From Candidatus Marinacidobacterium sp. (GTDB lineage Bacteria > Acidobacteriota > Vicinamibacteria > Marinacidobacterales > Marinacidobacteraceae), in NCBI GenBank assembly GCA_965220965.1, contig OZ244852.1, positions 768,001 to 832,000 on the forward strand: a stretch of 64,000 bases of DNA, given 5' to 3'. The notes beneath the pieces were generated by a model. That model did not search any database, was not told the DNA's origin, and saw nothing but the letters and a program-made list of their open reading frames with translations. Shown here piece after piece: positions 29,435 to 39,106 of this stretch (position 1 is its first letter; every line of letters begins with the position of its first letter). Position numbers and translations under genes: made by a program.

Positions 29435-30390
29435 CCACGGAGCCGGCCGCCCTCGAAGCGGCGCCTCCAGCCGCGCCGGCGCCCGACGCCGCCTCGTCGT
29501 CCCTCCTGCTGCCGGCCGCGCTGTTCGCCGCCACGCTGGCGAGCACGCTGTGGGTCGGGGGCGGCATGGGGATCGCCAACTGGTCTCCGGAGCTCTTCGG
29601 CGATGCGGGCCGGGCGCTCTCCGGCGGAGAGTGGATCGCCGCCTGGGCCTGGTACGGCGCGCCGTACGCCCTGTCGCTGCTCCTGATCCTGCTATCCCAC
29701 GAGATGGGGCACTGGTTCGCCGCGCGCTACTACCAGGTTCGCGCCAGCCTCCCCTATTTCCTGCCCATGCCCCTGACGCTGGTGGGCACGCTGGGCGCCT
29801 TCATCCGGATCCGGTCTCCGTTCCCCAACCGCAAGGCGCTTCTCGACGTGGGCCTCGCGGGCCCGTTCGCCGGGTTCATCGTCTGCCTGCCCGTCCTGGC
29901 GCTCGGCGTCGCCACCTCCCGGTCCGGGCCGCTCGAGCCTGGCGGGCTGCAGTTCGGAGAACCGCTCGCCTTCCAGTTCTTCGCCTGGGCCTTCGGGCCG
30001 GCGGTTCCGGAGGGCCAGGCCCTCTATCTGAGCCCGATCGGCCTCGCCGCCTGGTTCGGGCTCCTGCTGACTGCGATCAACCTGCTCCCGATGGGCCAGC
30101 TCGATGGCGGCCACGCGCTCTACGCGGTGTTCCGGAGGAAGGCCCTGCGGATCTCGCGAAGCGTCCACCTCCTCATGTTCCCGCTGGCCATCCTGTCTCC
30201 GGGATGGCTGGTGTGGGGTCTCCTCGGACTCCTGCTGGGAGCCCGCCGGCCCCATCCCCCGACGCTGAACGACGGCGCGCCGCTGCCGGGGAGCCGGGTC
30301 CGCCTCGCCTGGGCGGCGCTCGTGACGTTCGCGGTCTGCTTCACGCCCGAACCGGTCGTGATGGACTGGTCGATCCTTCTGGGCGGGTGA
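29431..30390 (+). CDS. Site-2 protease (M50) family membrane metalloprotease
   Basis: HEMGH, LPYFLP, GTLGAFI, AGP.AG, NLLPMGQLDGGH. Confidence 0.93.
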   Translation: MTTEPAALEAAPPAAPAPDAASSSLLLPAALFAATLASTLWVGGGMGIANWSPELFGDAGRALSGGEWIAAWAWYGAPYALSLLLILLSHEMGHWFAARYYQVRASLPYFLPMPLTLVGTLGAFIRIRSPFPNRKALLDVGLAGPFAGFIVCLPVLALGVATSRSGPLEPGGLQFGEPLAFQFFAWAFGPAVPEGQALYLSPIGLAAWFGLLLTAINLLPMGQLDGGHALYAVFRRKALRISRSVHLLMFPLAILSPGWLVWGLLGLLLGARRPHPPTLNDGAPLPGSRVRLAWAALVTFAVCFTPEPVVMDWSILLGG

Positions 30391-30444
30391 GCCGCCTCCC
30401 GGCGCCCGACGTCGGGACCGCCCCCGCCGGAGGCGGAAGCGCCG

Positions 30445-31638
30445 CTATCCGGCTGGGGGTCCCGCCGGAGTCAGCCCGTCGCGGCGCTGACCCATGAGAG
30501 CCGTGAGATCGGCGTCGCCGATCTCTCCGATGCGGTCGGCGAGGTGCTTGAAGCTGGTGAAGATCTCGTCCATCTCCCCCTCGGCGGGCTCGAAGCCGAG
30601 CTCTCCGAGGCGGGCTCGCAGCGCGTGGCGGCCGCTGTGCTTGCCAAGGACCAGCTCGGTGCCCGCGACTCCGACATCTTCCGGCCGCATGATCTCGTAG
30701 GTGCGCGCGTCCTGGAGGACGCCGTGCTGGTGGATCCCGGCTTCGTGGGCGAAGGCGTTCCGTCCGACGACCGCCTTGTTCCGCTGGACGGCCATCCCGG
30801 TGATCGAGGTGAGCAGGCGGCTCGCCGCGCAGAGTTCGCGGGTCTCGATGCCGGTGTCCACGCCGAACAGGTCCTTCCGGGTGCGGAGCGCCATCACGAC
30901 CTCTTCGAGCGAGGCGTTTCCGGCCCGCTCCCCGATCCCGTTCACGGTGCACTCCACCTGCCGGGCTCCCGCCCGAACGGCGGCGAGGCTGTTCGCGACC
31001 GCCATCCCGAGGTCGTTGTGGCAGTGGACGCTGATCACCGCCTTCTCGATGCCGCGGACGTTCCCGACCAGGTTCCGGATGAGCGCGCCGAACTCCTCGG
31101 GCATCGCATAGCCGACCGTGTCGGGGATGTTCACGGTCGAAGCCCCGGCGTCGATGACCCGCTCCACGACCTCGACGAGGAAGTCGGGTTCCGTGCGGGA
31201 TCCGTCTTCCGGGGAGAACTCGACGTCCTCGGTGAGCTCCCTGGCGGCGGCGACGGACTCGACCGCGCGGCGCAGGATCTCCTGCTTCGCCATGCGCAGC
31301 TTGAACTCGCGGTGGAGCGCGCTGGTGGCGAGGAACACGTGGATCCGCGGCCTCGGCGCGTCCCGGAGGGCGTCCCAGGCGGCGGCGATGTCCGCCGGAA
31401 CGCACCGGGCGAGCGCCGCGATGCGGGGCCCCTCGATCTCCCGCGCGATCTCCCGGACCGCCTCGCGATCTCCCTCGGAGACCGCCGGAAACCCCGCCTC
31501 GAGGACATCCACCCGAAGTCGCGCAAGCTGACGGGCCATGCGGAGCTTGCCGTCGAGCCCCATGCTGCAGCCGGGCGACTGTTCGCCGTCCCGGAGCGTC
31601 GTGTCGAAGATCCGGACGCGGTCGGACTGGATTGTCAT
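30445..31638 (-). CDS. leuA: 2-isopropylmalate synthase, short form (397 aa) without C-terminal regulatory domain
   Basis: [79 protein letters not shown]; GAGG SD before ATG 31638. Confidence 0.93.
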   Translation of the reverse strand: MTIQSDRVRIFDTTLRDGEQSPGCSMGLDGKLRMARQLARLRVDVLEAGFPAVSEGDREAVREIAREIEGPRIAALARCVPADIAAAWDALRDAPRPRIHVFLATSALHREFKLRMAKQEILRRAVESVAAARELTEDVEFSPEDGSRTEPDFLVEVVERVIDAGASTVNIPDTVGYAMPEEFGALIRNLVGNVRGIEKAVISVHCHNDLGMAVANSLAAVRAGARQVECTVNGIGERAGNASLEEVVMALRTRKDLFGVDTGIETRELCAASRLLTSITGMAVQRNKAVVGRNAFAHEAGIHQHGVLQDARTYEIMRPEDVGVAGTELVLGKHSGRHALRARLGELGFEPAEGEMDEIFTSFKHLADRIGEIGDADLTALMGQRRDGLTPAGPPAG

Positions 31639-31789
31639 GGCGGTCCTCGGGGGGCGCCCCTGCAAATGACGGAATCGGCAACCTAGTGCGGCCCGCGGCC
31701 CCAGTCAACGCGCGACGGATCGCCTCCGGGGGGGCGCTCCGCGGGACTGGTATAGCCTTCCGCGCCTTCCACACCGCCCCAGCGTCGCC

Positions 31790-32332
31790 TTGCCGGTCAC
31801 CCGAAAACCCTCCGCCCGCGCCACCCTGGAGAAGCGTCCGGCCAAGCTGTTGCGGCAGGTCGCGGGCCTCGAGGATGCGGCGCAACTTCCGGCCATCCTG
31901 GGGCCGAGGGTGGCGACGCGGCACACGCTGGCCGCCTACCGGAAGGCCGCGAAGGCTCTGGTGGCGGAGAAGGAAGAGGCCAGCGCCCGCAGGCGCGGCG
32001 AGCGGGTCCTGAGCGAAGCCGAGATGGCGGCGCTCCGGGTGGCGGGAAGCCGCTTGCTGGGTCTCGACGGCGAGGTCTCGCCGCTCACGCGGGCGTCGGA
32101 CGAGGCGCTCGACCGGTTCCGGACCGAGCGGGAGCCGGAAGTTCTGGCTGGCCTCCTGGCGGAACTGGACCCCGAAGGGAACTGGGGGGAGGCCCCGGCC
32201 ACGGTTCTGCTCACCGGGATGGTCCTGGTTGCGACATCCGCGGAGGGCGACCGTCGGTGGCGCATCCGCGAAGCCGAGAACCAGGCGCGCATCCGGGAGC
32301 GCCGCGGTCCCGTGGAGGAAGCCGGTTCATGA
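31790..32332 (+). CDS. Hypothetical protein translationally coupled to leuC
   Basis: Stop overlaps the leuC ATG (ATGA); helical, E/A/R-rich sequence. TTG start uncertain. Confidence 0.6.
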   Translation: MPVTRKPSARATLEKRPAKLLRQVAGLEDAAQLPAILGPRVATRHTLAAYRKAAKALVAEKEEASARRRGERVLSEAEMAALRVAGSRLLGLDGEVSPLTRASDEALDRFRTEREPEVLAGLLAELDPEGNWGEAPATVLLTGMVLVATSAEGDRRWRIREAENQARIRERRGPVEEAGS

Positions 32333-33741
32333 CCTCGCGCACCCTGTTCGACAAGCTGTGGGAGGCCCATGTCGTCGCGCCCGAGGCGCCGGACCACCCG
32401 GCGGTCGTCTACGTGGACATCCATCTGATCCACGAGGTGACTTCCCCCCAGGCGTTCGCCATGCTCCGGGAGCGGAACCTTCCGGTTCGTCGGCCCGACC
32501 GGACCTGGGCCACGGTGGATCACTCGATCCCGACCCGCCGCATCGCGGGGAGTCCGGCGTGGCTCAACGCGGCGACCCGGAACCAGGTCGAGACCCTCGA
32601 GAAGAACTGCAAGGACACCGGGATCCCGCTGTTCCAGGCCGGGGACCCGGGGCAGGGGATCGTTCATGTCATCGGTCCGGAGCTGGGTCTGACCCAGCCG
32701 GGGCGCACGATCGTGTGCGGCGACAGCCACACCAGCACCCACGGAGCGTTCGGCGCCTGGGCGTTCGGGATCGGGACCTCGGAGGTGGCCCAGGTCCTCG
32801 CGACCCAGTGTCTGCTCCAGGCCCGCCCCCGCACGCTCTCCCTCACGGTCTCCGGATCGCTGGCCCCCGGCGTCTTCGCCAAGGATCTGATCCTCGGGCT
32901 GATCGCCCGGTTCGGAGTCGACGCCGGTCGCGGCCACGTCATGGAATACCGGGGTCCGGCGATCCGCGGCCTGGACATGGAAGAGCGCATGACCGTCTGC
33001 AACATGTCGATCGAGGCGGGCGCCCGGGCCGGGATGATCGGTCCGGACGAGACGACCTTCGCGTGGATCGAGGGTCGGCCGCTCGCGCCGGAGGGCGCAG
33101 CCTTCGACCGCGCCGTAGAGCGGTGGCGCAGCCTGGGAACCGACGACGAGGCGAAGTTCGACACCGAGCTCTCCTTCGACGCGAGCCGGCTGGAGCCGAT
33201 GGTGACCTGGGGCACGAACCCCTCGATGGCCTGCGGCGTCGGGCAGCCGGTCCCCGAACCGGCGGGCGCCGAGGCCCGGGCGGCGCTCGACTACATGGCG
33301 CTCGAGGCCGGCAAGCCGCTGGCGGGCCGCCCGGTGGACGTGGTGTTCATCGGGAGCTGCACGAACGCCCGCATCTCCGACCTGCGGGTGGCGGCGGGCG
33401 TTCTGCAGGGTCGCCAGGTGAATCCGGGAACCCGGGTGCTCGTCGTCCCAGGGTCCGGCGAGGTGCGGGACCAGGCGCGGAGCGAGGGCCTCGACCGGGT
33501 CTTCCTCGAGGCCGGCGCCGAGTGGCGGGAGCCGGGCTGCTCGATGTGCATCGGCATGAACGGGGACTTCCTGCAACCCCGGGAGCTCGCCGTCTCCACC
33601 TCGAACCGCAACTTCGAGGGCCGCCAGGGGCCCGGAGGGCGCACCGTGCTGGCGTCCCCCGCGACCGCCGCGGCCTCGGCGCTCGCGGGAGCGGTGGCGG
33701 ATCCCCGACCCCTGCTCGAGGCGGGTGGAGTCGGCGCATGA
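32329..33741 (+). CDS. leuC: 3-isopropylmalate dehydratase large subunit
   Basis: [72 protein letters not shown]. Confidence 0.97.
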   Translation: MTSRTLFDKLWEAHVVAPEAPDHPAVVYVDIHLIHEVTSPQAFAMLRERNLPVRRPDRTWATVDHSIPTRRIAGSPAWLNAATRNQVETLEKNCKDTGIPLFQAGDPGQGIVHVIGPELGLTQPGRTIVCGDSHTSTHGAFGAWAFGIGTSEVAQVLATQCLLQARPRTLSLTVSGSLAPGVFAKDLILGLIARFGVDAGRGHVMEYRGPAIRGLDMEERMTVCNMSIEAGARAGMIGPDETTFAWIEGRPLAPEGAAFDRAVERWRSLGTDDEAKFDTELSFDASRLEPMVTWGTNPSMACGVGQPVPEPAGAEARAALDYMALEAGKPLAGRPVDVVFIGSCTNARISDLRVAAGVLQGRQVNPGTRVLVVPGSGEVRDQARSEGLDRVFLEAGAEWREPGCSMCIGMNGDFLQPRELAVSTSNRNFEGRQGPGGRTVLASPATAAASALAGAVADPRPLLEAGGVGA

Positions 33742-34319
33742 AGCCGCTCCGACGGATCGTCTCGCGCACGGTCGCGCTCCCGGTCGACCACGTCGACACC
33801 GACCAGATCATCCCCGCCCGTTTCCTGACCGGAACCGTTCGGGCGGGCCTCGGCGCCGGACTCTTCGCCGACTGGAGGCGGGACGCCGCCGGCGCGCTCC
33901 GGTCCGACTTTCCGCTGAACCGTCCGGAGGCCGAGGGCGCGCGCGTCCTCGTGGGCGGCGCCAACTTCGGTTGCGGCTCTTCCCGCGAACACGCCCCGTG
34001 GGCGCTGGTGGACGCCGGGTTCGAGGCGGTGATCAGTCCGTCGTTCGCGGACATCTTCCGGGGGAATGCGGCGAGGAACGGCCTCGCTCCGGTGGAGCTC
34101 GATCCGGAGTCTCACGCCGAGCTGGTCGCCCGGCCCGGGTTCCGGGTCGAGATCGACCTCGATGCGGAGACGGTGACGCTTCCCGGCGGAGGCGTCGCCC
34201 GGTTCCGCCTCGACCCCTTCGCGCGCCGCTGCCTGCTCACCGGACTCTCTCCCCTGGAATTTCTCCTGTCGCACCGGGACCGCATCGCCGAGCACGAGGC
34301 CAGCAGTCCAGATCCGTGA
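33738..34319 (+). CDS. leuD: 3-isopropylmalate dehydratase small subunit
   Basis: [34 protein letters not shown]...NG; ATGA overlap with leuC. Confidence 0.96.
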   Translation: MKPLRRIVSRTVALPVDHVDTDQIIPARFLTGTVRAGLGAGLFADWRRDAAGALRSDFPLNRPEAEGARVLVGGANFGCGSSREHAPWALVDAGFEAVISPSFADIFRGNAARNGLAPVELDPESHAELVARPGFRVEIDLDAETVTLPGGGVARFRLDPFARRCLLTGLSPLEFLLSHRDRIAEHEASSPDP

Positions 34320-34933
34320 GCCGTCCGGTCCGTTGCGGATGGGCTGCGGAGGCCTCCCTCCAGCTTCAGCGGTATCACGACGACGAGTGGGGCGTTCCGG
34401 CCCGGGATGACCGCGTCCAATTCGAGTTCCTCGTCCTCGAGTCGGCGCAGGCGGGTCTCTCCTGGACCACGATCCTGGGCCGCCGCGAGGGCTACCGCCG
34501 CGCCTTCGCCGGCTTCGACCCCGAGGTCGTGTCGCGGTTCGATGCGGGAGTCGTCGAGCAACTGCTCGGGGACCCGGGGATCATCCGGAACCGCGCCAAG
34601 GTCGAGGCGGCGGTGAACAACGCCGCCCGCTTCCTCGAGGTCCGGCGCGAGTTCGGAAGCTTCTGGAGCTACCTCGAGGGGTTCGCGGCCGCGGCGGCGG
34701 AACGGATCTGTCGGCTGCGGGATGAGGAGATCCCGCCGACGTCTCCCGGGTCGGACGCGCTGGCGGCGGACATGAAGCGCCGCGGCTTCCGGTTCGTCGG
34801 GAGTACGATCCTCTACGCTCACATGCAGGCCACCGGAGTCGTGAACGATCACCTGGTCGGGTGCTTTCGTCACGCGCAGCTCTGCCGGCGGCGCCACGGG
34901 ACCCGTCCCGGGAGGACGACGAGGCGAGGATGA
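34316..34933 (+). CDS. tag: DNA-3-methyladenine glycosylase I
   Basis: RCGWA, YHD.EWG.P, LESAQAGLSW.TIL..RE.YR.AF, IIRNRAK, GFRFVG.T..YA.MQA.G.VNDH...C. Confidence 0.95.
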   Translation: MSRPVRCGWAAEASLQLQRYHDDEWGVPARDDRVQFEFLVLESAQAGLSWTTILGRREGYRRAFAGFDPEVVSRFDAGVVEQLLGDPGIIRNRAKVEAAVNNAARFLEVRREFGSFWSYLEGFAAAAAERICRLRDEEIPPTSPGSDALAADMKRRGFRFVGSTILYAHMQATGVVNDHLVGCFRHAQLCRRRHGTRPGRTTRRG

Positions 34934-36093
34934 CGCGGTTGAAGACGAACCGGACGGCGAAGCGCCTGCTGCGGGCGGCGCTCTTCGCGGCCGCGGTCGG
35001 GCATCTGTCCTGCGGCGGCGGCGACAGCGGACCGGTCGCGCCCCAGGCGCCGAGACCGGAGCCGCGGCAGCTCACCGGACTCGAGATCGTGGCGGAGCGC
35101 ACCGGGATCCGCGTGGGCCAGCAGATCGCGCCGCTGGTGGCCTACGGGCAGTACGACGACGGCACCACCGGGACGGTGAACGTCGAGTGGTCCTCATCCG
35201 ACGAAGCGGTGGTTGAGGTCGGCAGCGACGGCGTCGTGCGCGGCGCGGGCATCGGAACCGCGGAGGTCACCGGCTCCTTCGAGGAGTTCTCGGCGTCCGT
35301 CAGGTTCGAGGTCGACGAGCCCGAGCCCAGGTTCCTGGAGGACCGCCCGGATGACTTCGGCGGGCCCCAGATCCATGTCGTCTACGCGCTCCCGAGCGAC
35401 CGTGAGGACCGGAACCTGGATCGCTGGGGGAACATCGCCGTGTCCTTCGAGGCCATCCAGAACTGGCTGACCAGCGAGATCGGCTACCGGCTCCACCTCG
35501 ACACCCACCAGGGCGAACTGGACGTCACGTTCCTTCCGCTCCCGTTCACCCACCAGGAGGGCGACGGCCAGAGCGGCGGGCTGGTGTTCGCGCTGGAGCA
35601 GGAGATCCGGAGCGCTATCGGGATCGCCCCGAACAAGATCTACGCCGTCTACTACGACGGGCGGTCCGCCGGGGTGTGCGGCAGCGCGACCCTCGGCGGC
35701 CAGGTCGGGGCGGTCTATGTCCATCCCGACTGCAGCCAGGGAGCGCTCGGCGCGGATCCCGACGTCGCGTCCACCTACGAGGCGGTCATGGTCCACGAGT
35801 TGTTCCACAACTTCGGGGCGGTGGACGACTGCGCGCCGAACCAGGGCGGCGGCGCCCACGTCCAGGACGACCCGGTGGACGTGATGTACGCCGGGGCCGA
35901 TCGCGGCGGACGGGACGAGGCGGTGATCGACGTGGCCCGGGACGACTATTTCGGGCACGGACGGAGCGGGTGCCTCGACGTCGCGCGAAGCCGCTTCTGG
36001 GCGCCGGTTTCCGGCGCCGCGCAGCGCGCGGATCTCGCGCCTTCGATCGTGATCCCCCCGGCGGACCGTCCCTTCCTCTGCGACGCGCACTGA
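34930..36093 (+). CDS. Lipoprotein with Ig-like (Big_2) domain and zincin/metzincin-like peptidase domain
   Basis: LSC lipobox-like; VEWSSSDEAVVEV...G.V.G...GTA.VT (Big_2); HELFHNFG...H...DVMY. Confidence 0.75.
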   Translation: MTRLKTNRTAKRLLRAALFAAAVGHLSCGGGDSGPVAPQAPRPEPRQLTGLEIVAERTGIRVGQQIAPLVAYGQYDDGTTGTVNVEWSSSDEAVVEVGSDGVVRGAGIGTAEVTGSFEEFSASVRFEVDEPEPRFLEDRPDDFGGPQIHVVYALPSDREDRNLDRWGNIAVSFEAIQNWLTSEIGYRLHLDTHQGELDVTFLPLPFTHQEGDGQSGGLVFALEQEIRSAIGIAPNKIYAVYYDGRSAGVCGSATLGGQVGAVYVHPDCSQGALGADPDVASTYEAVMVHELFHNFGAVDDCAPNQGGGAHVQDDPVDVMYAGADRGGRDEAVIDVARDDYFGHGRSGCLDVARSRFWAPVSGAAQRADLAPSIVIPPADRPFLCDAH

Positions 36094-36155
36094 CGCGGCA
36101 GCGGCGACCGGCGTCCGGCTGCTGATTCTGGGCGGCTGAACGTTTCCGGCGGCCC

Positions 36156-36172
36156 GCCGGAGTTTTCGACAG
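36156..36172 (+). promoter_or_regulatory. Candidate pil-operon motif GCCGG-AGTTTTCGACAG (upstream of pilM)
   Basis: The 12-mer AGTTTTCGACAG also occurs at 54500-54511, upstream of the minor-pilin operon. Confidence 0.45.
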
Positions 36173-36220
36173 CGGCGCCCGGAGCGGGAGGCTCCCCTCC
36201 CGGCATCGTCAGGCAGTGGT

Positions 36221-37372
36221 ATGTCGCGGCGCCCCGGATTCCGTCGCCTCGTCAGCGGGCTGGGAGTGGATCTCGGCTCGGCGGGGGTCAAGGCGGTCGC
36301 GCTCGGGTGGAGCCGCGAGGGCCTGGTCCTGCTCGGCGCCGCGCGGGAGGCGGCGCCCCCCGGGGCGGTCCGGGACGGCGCGGTGGCGGATCCCGAGGCG
36401 GCGGGCGCGACGGTGGCGCGCCTGCTCGCCCGGATCGGGACCAGAACGCGCGAGGTCGCGGTCGCTATCGGGGGGAGTTCCGTGTTCATCCGGCGTCTCC
36501 CCTTGCCGGAGGGAGATCCCGGAGATCCGACGTTCCGGGACGCCGTGGCGAGGGAGGCGGCGCGGCATGTCCCGTTCCACATCGAGTCGCTCGAGTTCGA
36601 CTACCAGATCTCCCCGAACCCCGCCGGAGGCCGCGGCAACGGGGCGCCCGTTCCGCCTCCGGGCGCCGCCGCCGAACCGGAGCGCGCCGGAGTCGTCTTC
36701 GGGGCCGCGCCGCGCGCCATGGTGCAGGCGCACTGCGACGCCATCCTCCACGGAGGCGGTCGGGTGACGCGCGTGGACCTCGAGCCCTACGCGCTCTTCT
36801 CGGCGGCTCGACTGGAGGCGTTCGGGCGAGCCTTCGCCGAGGCCTCGTCCGGGGCGTCCGGCGAATCATCCGGGGCCGGTGCGGCCATGGGGTCCCCGGC
36901 TGTGGACGAGGCCCCGCTGGCCTTCGTGGAAGTCGGCGCCGAGCGAACCGCCGCCCACGTGTTCGCCCGCGCCCCGGCCGCTCCGCCCGCCAGCAACGGC
37001 GCGGGACCGGCGGCCCCGATGGCGCCCGATCCCGGAGATCTGCTCTCCAGTCTGGAGGCTCCTCCGGGGTCCGAGGATCACGGCGCCAGGATCGCGGCGA
37101 CGCTGCGCGCCGCTCTGGTCGAGGCGGGAGTCGGGGCGCCTCTTGTGGTCCGACTCAGCGGTGGCGCGCCGGTCTCTCCGGCGGCCGCCCGGGACCTGAG
37201 CGAGGCGGCGGGCGAGCCGCCGGCGCCCCTCGATCCGCTGGCGCGGCTCCGCTGCCCCGGCGACGGTCGGCCGGGAGGCGAGGGCGCGGCCTGGGGACCG
37301 GCCTTCGCCATCGCGGCCGGACTGGCGTTCACGCAACTGGTCGACCGGGTCGCCGGCCGGAGGTCCCGGTGA
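36221..37372 (+). CDS. pilM: Type IV pilus alignment protein PilM (divergent)
   Basis: GVDLGSAGVKAV, HVPFHIESLEFDYQI, DLEPYAL, EVGA, LSGG, AFAIAAGLA; first gene of an MNOPQ run. Confidence 0.8.
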   Translation: MSRRPGFRRLVSGLGVDLGSAGVKAVALGWSREGLVLLGAAREAAPPGAVRDGAVADPEAAGATVARLLARIGTRTREVAVAIGGSSVFIRRLPLPEGDPGDPTFRDAVAREAARHVPFHIESLEFDYQISPNPAGGRGNGAPVPPPGAAAEPERAGVVFGAAPRAMVQAHCDAILHGGGRVTRVDLEPYALFSAARLEAFGRAFAEASSGASGESSGAGAAMGSPAVDEAPLAFVEVGAERTAAHVFARAPAAPPASNGAGPAAPMAPDPGDLLSSLEAPPGSEDHGARIAATLRAALVEAGVGAPLVVRLSGGAPVSPAAARDLSEAAGEPPAPLDPLARLRCPGDGRPGGEGAAWGPAFAIAAGLAFTQLVDRVAGRRSR

Positions 37373-38043
37373 ATCTGCGCCCCGCGGCGTCCGGCCGCCC
37401 GCACCCCCGCTTTCCGCGCCCGGCGGCGCCGTCGCGATGGACGACGATGGTCGGGCTGGCTCTGGTCGGCGTTGCGCTCGGAGCGGGCCTTCTCGAAGAG
37501 CGCGGTCTGGAGCGCCGGGAGGCGGCGGCGGAACAGGAGCTGGATCGGATCAGGCGGCTGGCCGGCGAGCGCGAACGGGCCGCCGGCGAGCTGGCGGACG
37601 CCCGCGACGCGCTCTCCCGCACGGTGCGTCTGGAGCGCCGGCTGGACCGGTGGCTGGAGGAGCGCGAGCTGCTCGCCGGGCTCCTGCGGGGGGTCGCGCG
37701 CCGCCTCGGCCCGGACGTCGTCCTCGAGACCCTGCAGCGACAGGGCGCCGGCTTCACGATCACCGGGCAGGCGGTGTCCGACGACGCGGTGTCCGCCACC
37801 GCGCGCGACCTGGGGAGGCTGGGCCCGGTCCTGGGGCTGGATCTGCTCTACGTGGAACAGATCGAGGGATCGCCGGGGAGCGGAGCCGCGGCCGGTGACT
37901 CCGGCGGCGCGGATCAGCGTTCACCGCGCGGCGCGGCCTACCGGTTCGCCCTGGAAGGAACCCTCGGCTACGTCTCTCCCGAGCCCGAACCCTTCGAGGT
38001 TGTGGTTCCGACCGGCCTCGGCGGCGAAGCCGCCCTCCGGTGA
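37369..38043 (+). CDS. pilN: Type IV pilus assembly protein PilN
   Basis: N-terminal VNLRP (variant of INLLP), TM, coiled coil, ferredoxin-like L..L...G..F.ITG.A; synteny. Confidence 0.75.
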   Translation: MNLRPAASGRPHPRFPRPAAPSRWTTMVGLALVGVALGAGLLEERGLERREAAAEQELDRIRRLAGERERAAGELADARDALSRTVRLERRLDRWLEERELLAGLLRGVARRLGPDVVLETLQRQGAGFTITGQAVSDDAVSATARDLGRLGPVLGLDLLYVEQIEGSPGSGAAAGDSGGADQRSPRGAAYRFALEGTLGYVSPEPEPFEVVVPTGLGGEAALR

Positions 38044-38660
38044 CGATGACGGTTCGCGGCTGGGTCGCCCTGCTCCCGTTCCTGATCGGCGCCGCGTTCG
38101 TTCACGGCGGGTTTCGGCTGTTCGTCCATCCGGACAGCCGGGCGGCCGCCGAGCGCCTCGAGCTTCAGGTCACCCGCGAGGGCGCTCCCGAGGGTGGAAG
38201 TTCCCCGGAGCGCGACCCCGGACTCGTCCTCGCCGAGACCGCCCGGCTGGAAGAGGAACTGGCGCTCCGGCGGACGCGCGTGAGGAGCCTGTGGGCGCCG
38301 CTCGCGCCGACGGCCGACCCTGACGAAGTTCTCCACTCGCTGCGGGCGGTCGCCGCGAGAGAGCAGGTCGAGGTCCTCCGGTTCGCGCCCGAGGCCGAGG
38401 TCCGGCTCGACCGGTTCCGCGCGCGCGCCGTGCGCCTGGCGCTCGAGGGCGGGTTCTTCGGCCTGCTGGGGTTCCTGGATCGGGTGTCCGCGCTGCCGCA
38501 ACTCGTGCTGATCGAGGACGCGCAATTCGACGCGGCGCCGACGTCCGGAGGGCGGCTCCGGGCGCGGCTCACCGCCATCGCCGTGCGCGGGGAAGGCCCA
38601 CCGTTTCCGGTCGATGCCGGGACGGATCGGGCGGACTCCCGGGAGAGTCGCCAGGAATGA
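38040..38660 (+). CDS. pilO: Type IV pilus assembly protein PilO
   Basis: TM, coiled coil, L.L.G.F..L..FL..V..LP.LV.I motif; synteny. Confidence 0.8.
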   Translation: MTMTVRGWVALLPFLIGAAFVHGGFRLFVHPDSRAAAERLELQVTREGAPEGGSSPERDPGLVLAETARLEEELALRRTRVRSLWAPLAPTADPDEVLHSLRAVAAREQVEVLRFAPEAEVRLDRFRARAVRLALEGGFFGLLGFLDRVSALPQLVLIEDAQFDAAPTSGGRLRARLTAIAVRGEGPPFPVDAGTDRADSRESRQE

Positions 38661-39106
38661 ACGCTTTCCGCTTCTCCGGCGCCGTTCTGGCGCTCCTGGT
38701 CGCGTCCCCTGCGCCGTCGCCCGGCGTGATCCTTCAGCCGCGACCGGAGCTGGATGTCGACGCCGGGGAACGCGATCCGTTTTCCTGGCCGGAGGGACCG
38801 CCGGGGGTCCCGCGGGCCCCGGGGCTCGCCGGGGTCTCGATCCGGGAGGCCTTGCTCCGCGGAATCGTCCTGCTGAGCGGAACCGGGGGTGACGCCGTCA
38901 GCCACGGGGCGCTCGGTCTCCTCATCCTGGAGTCGCCGATGGGCGCCGGGTTCGTCGTCGCGCCGGGAGACCGGCTGCGGGACGGCTTTCTGGAGCGCGT
39001 CGAGGCGGGAGGGGCGGTCTTCCGCGAGTTCGGCGACCAGGGGGCCGAAGTGTTCCGGCCGCTGGACGAGCCGGGCGCCTCGGGTGAAGCGGATCGGAGG
39101 CCGTGA
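38657..39106 (+). CDS. pilP: Type IV pilus assembly protein PilP-like
   Basis: RDPF motif, LRGIV, ESP.G.GF....GD.L.DG....V; lies between pilO and pilQ. Confidence 0.72.
   Translation: MNAFRFSGAVLALLVASPAPSPGVILQPRPELDVDAGERDPFSWPEGPPGVPRAPGLAGVSIREALLRGIVLLSGTGGDAVSHGALGLLILESPMGAGFVVAPGDRLRDGFLERVEAGGAVFREFGDQGAEVFRPLDEPGASGEADRRP

Noticed and set aside
31639-31790. Leucine attenuator or leader peptide for leuA/leuCD
   Set aside because: No Leu-codon-rich mini-ORF or terminator/antiterminator pair seen on either strand.
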